Source of the DNA: Mizuhopecten yessoensis
Lineage: Eukaryota
Assembly (NCBI RefSeq): GCF_002113885.1
Contig: NW_018406194.1
Span: 7,718-71,717 of the forward strand
DNA length: 64,000 nucleotides
Direction of reading: 5' to 3'
Shown: piece after piece, positions 1 through 11,519 of the stretch
Layout of the letters: each line of letters opens with the position of its first letter
How positions within the stretch are numbered: the first letter of the stretch is position 1
Program-made: the position numbers and the translations under genes
The notes under the pieces: generated by a model
The model's database searches: none
The model's input: only the letters and a program-made list of their open reading frames with translations
Told to the model about the DNA's origin: nothing

Positions 1-511
1 CTCAAATGACGGTACTACTTGGTGATAGGCAGATCCACAAATAATGGTACTTCTTGGTGATAGACAGATCCTCAACAGCTTGTACTCCTTGGTGATATAC
101 AGATCCTCAAATGATGGTACTCCTTGGGTGTAAACAGATATTTAAATGATGGTACTACTTGGTGATAGACATATCCACAAATGATGGTACTCTTTGGTGA
201 TAGACAGATCCTCAAATGACGGTACTCCTTAGTGATAAACAGATCCCCAAATGACGGTACTCCATGGTGATAGAAATATCCACAAATGATGGTACTCCTT
301 GGTGATAGACAGATCCACAAATGACGGTACTACTTGGTGATAGACAGATCCACAAATGACGGTACTCCTTGGTGATAGACAGATCCACAAATGATGGTAC
401 TCCTTGGTTATAGACAGATCCTCAAATGACGGTACTCCTTGGTGATAGATCCTCAAATGACGGTACTCCTTGGTGATAGACAGATCCACAAATGATAGCA
501 CACCTTGGTGA
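1..511. repeat. 35-bp minisatellite (CACAAATGACGGTACTCCTTGGTGATAGACAGATC), ~14 copies, runs off the window edge; lies in the SLC1A intron
   Basis: Direct tandem periodicity of 35 nt. Confidence 0.95.
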
Positions 512-1244
512 TGTCCTTGTTCAATGTATGACAATTAGTTTTAGTTACTGCAATCACGTTGAACCAAAGCTTGAAAAACAAACTAATAATATCGTAATTG
601 CAATACGTCAATTGCAATAGGTGAACCTATTCAACAGGGTTATAATTTTGAAATAGGAAGTGGAGCATGCATATGCTAACATATTATTAAAAATCACGTT
701 GACAATTTACTTTGGTGAATAAGCTATTGTTCATTTGTGCATTAATAAATATCATTAAATATTTTTATATATTTTTAAATTGCATCTCACCATTCTCAAT
801 ATGCTTTAGTTATTTTGAAAAGCTAATCTCTAATACAAACCTTTCGGAAGCACGCCGTTACCAAATTGTTTGGAAAGCAATTTCTGTAAAATAAAATAAA
901 GTCTTCACGAGACAAACTTTAAATTCAAGTTACAATCTCTTGATTAGAGCATGCAAGATTCTTTTAAAAACCCTGGTAATTCATTTTAGAACTCATTTAA
1001 GTTGGGTTAACCGTAGAGTTCCATAATCCTGAATTTCCATATGCCCTTTACATATTCTTACCAGTGAAACACAATAAAAGGGAAACAATGAAAAAGAAAC
1101 ATAAACGAAAGCGCTAGGGACATTTGAAAATATCTTTACCATTCTAGATAACCTTCCTGCATGTGTTTCTCAAAGTGAATGCTTCTTACTTTCAGATCAT
1201 AAGCTTGCTACATATACCAGATTAAGCCGCATGACCATATCTAC

Positions 1245-1699
1245 CTGATAAGATCCATAAGCGACTCCATGGCATCGGCTTTCTTGGCGGATCCGCTCTT
1301 GTCTATTTTACTGCCCTTTTTCCCTGGCTCGATAGCTAAAACAAGGATTATTCCGAGAATGACGGCGACAAATGTGGTTGAAAGGTAATATACGACTGAC
1401 CGCAGTCCCATCTTGCCTGAAGCCCGCGAGTCTAGTGATGCCAGCGAAGATATCAAGCTAGAAACGATCAGCGGCAATATGAGCATTTTTAACATGTTCA
1501 ACAACAAGTCTCCGGGAAATTTCAAGAAAAATATTTTTCTTTTATCGTATGGCTTCCATACGTCCCTTAGTCCCAGTCCTAGTCCAACCCCGATGGCTAC
1601 AGCTAGTATCATTAGGATGATGAGCAAGTTGTTACGCAGGACTTTTTTCGCACTCTTTGCAAACGAGCGTTTCCCCCCTTCTGATTCGTCTCCGGCCAT
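1245..1699 (-). CDS. First coding exon of an SLC1A family (EAAT / sodium:dicarboxylate symporter) amino-acid transporter; gene continues beyond position 1
   Basis: MAGDESEGG...NLLIILMILAVAIGVGLG...FPGDLLLNMLKMLILPLIVSSLISSLASLDSRASGKMGLRSVVYYLSTTFVAVILGIILVLAIEPG...MDLIR matches EAAT TM1-TM3. Donor AG|GTAGAT follows 1245. Acceptor ttacag| precedes 1757, so the exon spans 1245-1757 and ATG is at 1699. Paralogue not assignable. Confidence 0.93.
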
Positions 1700-2074
1700 G
1701 ATAGAGTTGTACCCAGTATCGTCCTTGTTGGTTACAATGAACTGTGTTTCAGCACACCTGTAATTATATAATAGTGTAAAATATAGAGGTGTCAGGTAGA
1801 TATGGTCTGCAGATAATTTTACATCCAATGTTTACGTAGCATTGACAAAGACATATTCAAGCTGAGGAACAGAACAACCACAAACTTCGTTACATTTTGG
1901 AAATTTAAAGTATAATTATGAGAATGTATTTTATAAAACTAAGGACAAAGAGACGTGCAATTACTGATCAAATGTAAATGTGAACAATAATATACACAAA
2001 GACCAACAGCTTCTAATCGATAACAACTACACATACCAAATACCAATCGACACTTTATAATAGCTGAAATCAGT

Positions 2075-2226
2075 CGACCAGCAACCATTCAAATATAAAG
2101 AAAACGCTACTCGTACAGGTGACCAGCAACCACTAAAAAAGAGAAAAGAAAACACAACACGTACAGGTGACAGGCAACCACTCAAATATAAAGAAAACGT
2201 AAAACGTACAGATGACAGGCAACCAA
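2075..2226. repeat. Degenerate ~45-50-bp tandem repeat, 3-4 copies (GACCAGCAACCA...CGTACAGGT)
   Basis: Recurring CGTACAGGTGAC(C/A)G(G)CAACCA. Confidence 0.7.
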
Positions 2227-4989
2227 TGAAATGCAAATTGCTTGCTTCAAACAGGCGAGTAACTACCACCCATGTGTAATAACAATTATAGAAATCAATG
2301 GCAATAAACTACATGTCTTGTGTAAGTAACAACTACGCACACACGAACTACCACTCATGCTTATATCCAGACAATACATAGGACAAGTATTAAATATAGC
2401 CAGATATCAATAATAAGATTAGCAGGTGACCAGCAATGATTTCAATGGTCATTTATAGGTGGCTCAAATTTGTGTGTTTTACAACTGTCTTAGTTTGCCT
2501 CATTTAAGAGGAGTCTACGAGACGATAGAAGTGGGCGATGAGTTAACACTCACATACAGCTGAAGATAGGGTATGTACATACATTTTGTAAATTAAAACA
2601 CATATCGAATGGTGTCTTTCGGATCAAAATCGCAATATTTTAATATGTATGTATGAGTATACAAACGTACAATGTGTGGCTGCAATAAAAATATAGACAT
2701 AACAAAACGTCACTTGACGCACAAATCGTCGTTTCCCACCAAGCACTTTCACATGAGCTGTTGACGGACAACACAGGCTGATAACTATTTGTTTAGTAAT
2801 GTTAATGGGTACCATCGTGGTCTCTGTCGAAAGATATGAAATATCATTGTTGAAACCTTTCATTAGGCTCATTTAGTCTGCCTTGTCTCCGTGTCACTTC
2901 CACAGTTCTGTCTTTAAACATTTCTTGTATTTGACAAACATTTTAACGTGCGTACTGTCAATGAGGCATATCCTTCTGGAACACTATGGTAAATCTCTCC
3001 TATTTTGTTAATGTTTTGCTATTACATTTATTGATTTTGAGGTCTAATTACGGTATTTTTGACACCTAGGCATTTTATGGTTGCTATTCATTTCGTTTGT
3101 TTATAATTTTTCAATTCCAAACAAAATGACGATTTAAGTATTTAAACCGACGACAACAGAGACGTAAAAACAACATGTATGCAAAAAAAAATCATTTTTG
3201 TCTAATGTATGTTTACTTAACATAAGCTCCCTGCATACGCTGCTTTGCCCATTAAACACAAAGATAGAATACTGTAATAATATTTACAGTTATATCGATT
3301 TTGTAATCAGGATAATTTAAACACAAACACTACCATATTAATGTAAATTGTGCTGGAATTTTACATTAAGAGAATACTGTATGTCAGAAACATTCTACTC
3401 CTGCACAACAATATGAAGCAAATACAATATTTGTCTTGACTTTTAGCAGTTACTGTGTTTAAGAATGATTACACAGATTTTATAGTTATACCTGTATAAT
3501 GCCGGAGTAGCATTAAACAGAGTAAACACAGACACCAGTAGTCAGACATACGGCGAGGTTACTTACTGGTGTTTTATTGCGGTCACACATGAAATTATTG
3601 GCATATGTATTGAAATCGTGTAATAAAATATGTATTTCTGAAACGGCATATTCATTATTAGTCATCGTCATGCTATTTTTGTTGTCGTCCGTCTCACCCT
3701 TCAGACGCTATCTTAAGTGTTACCAGAAGAAGTACGATAGGTGTAAGATAAATAGATCTGACCGAGTCATTGATAGATAGAGATTATTGGCATTTCTAAA
3801 TATTGAGTAGAAAACATCAGCTGTTTATATTTTTAAAACGACAAACCAATTTGACAGCTGATGCTTGTTTACATTAAATGGAATCATTAAATCATTTTTC
3901 CGGATGACCTGAAATGGAAAACGCAATGTGAATGAGTATATGTTACCTTATATTAACACAATACAAAGTTTTGATTTACGTTGAAAAAAAATGACATTTT
4001 CCGTGTGTTCAGCCTGTATATTTTATTCGTGACAATAAAGCAAGTGAACAAACTATATTTAAAAAGAGAGCCTTTATCTGCCTTTAAAATCGGTCTGATG
4101 TAGCCTCGGGACAAGCAAAAAAAACATTAATAAAAATGATAAGGGTCGTTAAGATTCACAAATTGCTTTCATATATTTAGCTGAACCCGCATTGACGCCC
4201 AGTCAATCGACATAAGTAGTTATACTCGTTAACGACGACAATGAATACAAATGGTGTATATCATACTTCTTCAGAAACCCGATTCAAAGTACAGTTTGTT
4301 GATCCACTGTAGAACTTACTTCGTTAGCTTAATGCTAAATAAATCCGTTTATGTGTGGTAGATTATTTATTATTTAATAATTTAGATTTTAAAACAGAAG
4401 TGTGTGCTTTTATGGTCTCATTCATATAACATCCTTACTAGCCTTCAGAATGTGTTTTAGCATATGGCTTTTAATATACATTTTGGACCAGGTGAACATT
4501 AAGCTAATACATAGAGACAGAAAAACGTATGTGTCCCCTTATCAGCATGTTCGCTTGTTTTACTTTTGATGTGAATGTGGTGTTCGGTTCATACAGGTGT
4601 ATTGAAGGTTTCGTCAAAATATATTCAATTGTCGAAAACCTATCACCCGGACACGGTTTTGCTGGAAATTTGACACGTGTGTGACCTTTAATGTTTGGTT
4701 GATGGTGATGGTGGTCTTAGGCAGTGCACATATTTTTGGATGATGTTTAAAGTTCGATCTAGATAACATTTACGGTTTAAAAATAGGTCAAAAACAATAT
4801 CAAAATAGAAGAAAAAGAAAAAAAACCTGTATTAAACTTTGAAGCTCATATCTCTGAAACTCGAAGGAAAGTCTCAAGGCAATTATCCATTTTAAAGCGA
4901 ATTGGTAGTTTTTTTAACCAAACAAGGTAGACTTGCAATTTATAATTCTTTTATTGTTTTAAATTTTAACTATTGTCCTTTAATCTGGC

Positions 4990-6015
4990 ACTCTTGTTCC
5001 ATGAACAGATACAGGAAAGAGCTTTAAAGTTTATACATAATGATCACAACTCATCCTTCAGACACTAGTCTGAAGGATATGGGTGGTGAGGTTTTTAAAA
5101 TTATAAACAAAATGTCTCCTGAATATATTCATAACCTTATAAATATTAAGATGTCTAATTATGACTTTAGGAAAGAAAATACTGCAGAGGTGCCCAGGGT
5201 CAACACTGTGAAGTATGGAAATAACTCGTTTGCTTTTGAGGCCGCCCGAGTGTGGAACAGCCTCCAAAATGACTTACGAAAAGTTGAAAACTTCAAAGAA
5301 TGCCGGAGGCTGTTCCATTCCTGGGGTAGCCCCATCTGCCTTTGCAATATCTGTAAAAGTGATACTTCATACTTTGCCCTGGCTACCTCTGCCACGTGAT
5401 GTTTTGGATTGTATATACTATTGTTGTTTTATTTCATTTCTAATATGTATTAATTCTATTCTATATTTTTGCAGCATCTTATCCGTATTTTAATTCCATA
5501 CATTCTAAAATATAAATTATACAGAACTTGACAAATTGTGTTAATTGATGTCGGTATCATTGTTTATCAATTTATTAGTGTATATTCTGTGAATTTTTAT
5601 TCTATGCTATATTAGCATTGTAAGTATATTCCACTTCATAGTGTTTAATCCTAAGCTCTAAGTAACTATTGTGTGATATACAAGTATTCATTCACTATTA
5701 TCTATGTCTTTTATTAACTTATTCTGAATACTACTTATCTGTGATCACAATTATTGCTTTTCATATTAACACTATTTTTATATATTTATTGTTTCAAAAA
5801 AGTGTCATATCCCGGGGGCCTTTGTAGGTAGGGGACTCCCAATTACTTAGAAACCTGGTATATGCTACTTACTTCTTCTGTGATAATTAGTACTGCGTTT
5901 TATTAATATATGTGATTATCTCCCTTTACTTGTAATGTAATGTGTTTTTGTTATTGTACATATGTTTGTCGCAATAATAGCTCTCAAGACAGGTATGCGA
6001 CTTTAAATCAAGTTT
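4990..6015 (+). mobile_element. 5'-truncated LINE (CR1/L2 group): ORF2 C-terminus plus probable 3' UTR
   Basis: ORF 5040-5399 has FKIINKMSPEYIHNL...PRVNTVKYGNNSFAFEAARVWNSLQNDLR, the post-RT signature of L2/CR1-group LINEs. 3' boundary approximate. Confidence 0.8.
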
Positions 6016-6657
6016 TTCAGACAAGTGTCTCGTTTCTTTATAGTGTATTTGACGGGGAGACACGACTAAGGTAAGATCAAGTACATGTAGGTAGAAAAGT
6101 AGGACGTGCTGATCTGTTTACAGGTTATGTGCCGTACATTTCTTCATTCAATTTAATGAATAGGATATCAGGTTGACAAGGGAACATGGTTATACAATTA
6201 CATTGTCGAAAGTTGTTTACCTAACTAGTCTTTTGTCCATTAACAGCAAAGTAGATATATGTGAGTGAGTAGGAACTTAAACATACCATAGGGTAGTGAA
6301 AAGCGTAATACGAACTCATAATCGGAAATGTGGGCAAGATATGAACAAAGAACATATTTAAAAGGATTCATTCGTATTTAAACACCACTCTTTTTGTATG
6401 TAAACAACATATCTAAACTTAACGTCTTTCACCACATGATGTACGAAACTAAGATTTGAGATGTTCGCACCTCATTTGAAATTTGCAAATGAAATGTTCG
6501 TACCATAATCATGATGTTTGTACCAAGATCATAATGTACGTACCATGCGAGTCTCCAAATGGAGAAAAGTGTATTCTGTCTGTAATTGCATCTTGAATTT
6601 GTTTAATTTGTCGTCGAATTCAAGTTTTTTTTCAAATCCATATTATTTCATGTCTTA

Positions 6658-8184
6658 ATTGTTAAAGGTTCCTGTAGCACAACCAAACAGTTTTTATATG
6701 TGAGTACGTGTGTACTCTGTCACCTTCATTTCACATGATGTTGTTTCTCTTTACGAATACACCCATTGGCGATGCACTTATAATCATTCGGAAACTCTTT
6801 GACTTAGACAGATCCTGGCGTAAGAACACAATCCTCCAGATTCAGGACATCATGGATTTGCTGGTATTGTGCTGACAACAACATTTTTTATTTACCGAGA
6901 CAGCAGCTATCAGCAACGCTTCGGCATTGCTATGGGTAGTCCAGTGTCTCCAAATGTGGCCAATTTGTTCATGGAACATTTGGAGCAAGAAGCAATATCC
7001 ACTGCCCCCACAGAATGCAAACCTAGATTATGGAAACGATATGTTGACGACATACTTGAGATAACCAGGAAGAGGTTACAGAAGGATTAAACTTACATTG
7101 AGGAAGAAACCAACGGCACAATGCCCTTCCTAGACTCTCTACTGGTAAAGAAGGAAGACGGAACCGTGAAGGTATTGGTCTATAGAAACAAGTCCCATAC
7201 GAACCAATACCTGGACTTAAAAATCTCACCATCCATGACACCAGAAGTTAGGCGTCATACGCACATCGTCAGCAGATGTGATACAATAGTCACAGAACAA
7301 CAGGACAAAACACAAGGGTAGAATCACATCTCTTGGGCAATGAGAGCATAATATACATATCCGGAATGGGCCCTAAAACGGGTACAAAACCAGTGTCAAA
7401 ATAAGGGGAAGAACAAGGAAAAGCCAATCAAGGATAAGAATAAAACCAAAGGTCAGGTGGTCATCCCATATGAAAAGGTATATCCGAAACCATCCAGAGG
7501 ACATATCGTTGTCATGGCATTGAAACAACCATGAAGCCCCACAAGACGCTTCGTAATATCCTAGTACACCCTAAGGATAAAACACCTAAAGAAAACGTCG
7601 CAGAATGCGTATACAAAATCGGAAGCAAAAACTACCACGCATCGTAAATTTGAGAGACTGGAAGGCGATTTGGGGTTCGCCTTGATCAACACCGGAAAGA
7701 TACGGAAACCCAAGAGGGAAAGAAATTCACCCGCTCAGAAAGGAATTAGTCGGAGTCCCAAATCAATAAATCGGCAATCACAAACCATGCCACACAGAAA
7801 AATCATGTGATTGATTTTGATAACTCCAAAGTATTGGACAGAGAGATCAATCTGTTCAAGCGACAGGTAAGGGAAGCCATCTGGATACGCCGCAGTGGGT
7901 CAGTTCTGAATCGAGATGAGGGACTGATAGACTCTCGCACATCAATGACGAAGTATTAAACAAAGCGCAGCTGATCGAGTCATTTCGGTACATAAATAAC
8001 AACTCATTGTACATACGCTTACAGCGTAGCCGAATCGACATCGATTTGTAGACAACTCGTATGTATTTTACACCTTTGTGTACATACGCTTGTCTGACGA
8101 AGGTGACAGAGTACCTACCGTACTAGTCATCGAAACGTCACAAATACACACTTTTTGGTTGTGCTACATGAATCTTTTCACAAT
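6658..8184 (+). mobile_element. Penelope-like retroelement remnant (RT + GIY-YIG endonuclease, frameshifted) with 3' pLTR and inverted partial pLTR at the 5' end
   Basis: [46 protein letters not shown]; downstream HPKDK..CVYKI...ETGRRFGVRLDQHRKD and REAIWI..LNRDEG. 6658-6727 is a reverse-complement copy of 8099-8184. Confidence 0.92.
8090..8143 (+). ncRNA. Type I (minimal, Penelope-associated) hammerhead ribozyme
   Basis: UUGU-CUGACGA-A-GGUGAC[..AGUAC-loop-GUACU..]GUCAUC-GAAAC-GUC^ACAA: intact core, stem I (UUGU/ACAA), extended stem II, minimal palindromic stem III. Confidence 0.85.
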
Positions 8185-10254
8185 CCATACTTACCAACCC
8201 GAAGAAAATGTTTAGAAAAAAGCTATGTCTTAGCTAAGTTGAAGTTATTGGTATTTATTTGAACACAAATTGTATCATAATCCGTTAGTTATATTTTGGA
8301 ATAACAGACAATATCAGTTTTGTATGAAAATGATGATCTCAAGCTATGCTATATGATAATTCTGGAAGCTGTAGGAAAAATGACAGTATTGGTTCTATAC
8401 TGTATATAAACCAAAATACCAATCTACGCATAAAGGAGCGGGTTGTGAAAGCACCAGATGCCGTAATATATTCTGGGGTTATTTTAAGGAGGGAACAAAT
8501 GTCGTTCCTCATATTTCGTTTATGACAGACAAACGCATATTGAATATTAACACTTGAAAAAGTTAATACGGATAGTTCCATCCTTAATCGATATGATACT
8601 AGTATTACAGCAACGTCATCAAACATCGTATAACGAACCGCACACATGAAACTTCTAAAAAATGGGACTTGTCCAAGTCTAGGGGTAATTTATCATTCAA
8701 GAACATCGTATTTTACGCATAAGATAGGGTTGGATAAGTTGTTTTTAAGTAAAAACAGAGGTGTTACTATACAACCGTATGGGCATATCGCCTTATCAGG
8801 AAGTACGTACCGAAAGGTCACAATAGTGTATCAACAGATCTGGAGTACTTCATACCCGGCAAACACGAATTTATAATAAAAAAAACGAACACGGAAAACT
8901 CGGAAAGCACGATTTGGAAAATCTGATGATACATCTGGCTTTCCGCCTCTCTGTAGCTAGGATGGCATTTACCGATTTCAGATTTAATAGAGTGTAATTT
9001 GTTGTATACGCGTTGATTCCAATTATTTTGCCACTTTGATTTTATGAATTTGTTGTAAGTGGTTTGAAATCAGTAAAATGCAGTTTAAATGCAACATATG
9101 GTAGCGATAGAACCTCTTTTGTGGCACGATCTGCCTTTTTATTACCTGGTAGTTCCAGATATCCGAGATACCTGTTATGCCATTTTGAGGTAATATTATG
9201 CAATAATGTTAAGATTTTTCGAATTGAGATATTCTTTAAATGAAAGCTTCATATAACAAATAGAGAATGAGAATAGATAAATCAGTTGATTTTCTGTGTT
9301 CAATGATGAGATAGATAGCATGGGGTTCCGTGGAGAATATTGACTCGGCATAGACTAGTAACCTCCTTCGCTATCGTGGCCGCGACGTCATCTTTAATTT
9401 ATGACCATCTTTCGAACCATCAGTATCAAATGATTGAAAGTCATTATTTATTCCTCGTCCACATATTAGCAGGTGTGTGTCTCCATGATTCGACAGTTCT
9501 ATTTGTTAGGTCAAGCAAGTGCTTTGCTATGACATCAGACACAACATCGTCTGTAACACAGGTTTCAATGTATTTTTTAAAGCGCGTGACAGAGTCTTTC
9601 TATAGTAGGTCATATATTCAATACTTTAAGTGATAATATAAAACGCATGCACATTTTATTCTAATATTTTACACATTGTTAACATATCTTTAATAGTACG
9701 ACTAATAAAATTGATTCCATGCTGATCGCAAACGACGGTCCTGTATTTTCGAGCAATATGTTATTTTACAAAATGTTTTACAGATAAATACTTTATTCAA
9801 GACAGGGTTTTTAGTTGAAATCTAAAAGTACTTATACTTGGATGTTACTTACTATATTTATATAATCATTTCAAAGTGATAGAAGTTGAGTATGTTCGGC
9901 GAGCTACAAATAAGATCGACACTATAAAGAATTGTTTCGTTTCGGAAGCATTTTACGATCTGTAATTTATGTTACGCAGTACATCATCGCAACACAATAC
10001 TTCCGATATACCGGTATTACGATGATATCACACACCCAACGGATCAAAGCACAACGTCAGGATCTGAAATAACACGATGATTCTTAAAGTAGTATATTAC
10101 ATTTAACCCGTGCCAAAGAAACCTCCAGTACAAGTTTACGGCAAATCTGTCAGAGTGATAGCCCTCTAGCAGAGACTGAAACTTGTAAAATACGGAGTAA
10201 AGACAGAGTCTGACGTTTAATTGATGTCATGTATTTATAGTTTAAAAAGCCGAT

Positions 10255-10668
10255 AGGTACTGGGTTAATGTTGGAGGAAACCGGAGTACCCTGAAAAAAA
10301 CTCATGTGTTGGGGCAGCGTATTCAATACTTTTTCACGTATGATCGGGAATCGGTAGAAATTGACCCAACCACTTGGAATCCCTGGGTAGCCACCCGCGT
10401 CGATTATGTATATTTATGTAATAGATATTCATTTTATAAGTCTGTGCCTGGAATATAACACCTCCACTATTAAATATATGTGTTGATATATGTTGTAAAG
10501 GTATAGCTACCTCATCCTCCTATGTATGCTATGTTATTGTTAATAATTGTATTATGCATATAAACTTATGCGCCAATTTGAACGCAATAAACCAATTTGA
10601 ATTTGAATCAAACCCAGACTGCCTTGGTAAAAGGCATGTGCGCTATCCTCTCCGCCACCCCTCCACCT
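10255..10668 (-). mobile_element. tRNA-derived V-domain SINE interrupted by a ~250-bp insertion (~10355-10605)
   Basis: GGAGGAAACCGGAGTACCCTGAAAAAA is the reverse complement of the V-SINE core; the tRNA-like head resumes at ~10606-10668. Confidence 0.6.
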
Positions 10669-11519
10669 AAACTACATGATTAGCATACTAATATGTCTGC
10701 AATGTATATATTTAAGTATATATGTCGTGTCTCACCGCACCAACGCACTGTTGTTCTTTATGTATTCCTTTTTATGCGAATTTTTAAATATCTAAGGTAA
10801 GTATTCGCTCTGTATTTAGGAGACAAAACGATACATGTATATATTACATTGCAAAAGTACTTCCAACCGGTTCTGAAAAGATTTGTCCGACGATTAGACT
10901 CAATACGGGTAAACACACCGGATTGTGACATAGCCTATCTAGCTAGTAACCTCGCGTGTATTCCTTCGTTATTAAATCTCCGCCGAATGTCGTTCAGTGC
11001 ACGTATAACCGTAACTGACACAGTAACACATAATGGATGGCGCCATTACTATTGCACACTTGCGTCCTGCTTTCATACGTTATAAACGTAAGCATTTTGT
11101 AAACATTGCCTATACACTGATATTTACAAAAGTTTCAACGTAGTATTCACCACTTTTCAATGTAAAATACAAGAAAGCAATACAATTTTTTATTAAATGT
11201 AATAATGCATGAACAAACTGATATTAAATAATAATCGAATCTGCCAACACAAAATAAAGTTCATTTATACGGCTACATGACTTCCCATGGAAATCGCATA
11301 ACCGAGTCCGTTAGATTGATTGTATATTTACAATACACCCGAAAATATAAATGTACCTGAACAGCGTACTTCCGAGTCAGTTGATGAATTTTTTCTTCAA
11401 AACTATCTTGTATACAAGTTTTCGGCCACAACTATTTTACCTATCTCTGTTTTGTTTGTACCTACTTTATATACTTCCCTGTGTTTTGTTTGTTGTACCT
11501 ACTTAATATACTTCCGTGT

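Noticed and set aside
1413-1763. 116-aa + strand ORF
   Set aside because: Antisense shadow of the SLC1A exon
1700-1828. N-terminal 43 aa of ORF 1241-1828
   Set aside because: Starts at a non-ATG codon and crosses the acceptor at 1758-1760; the part above 1757 is intronic
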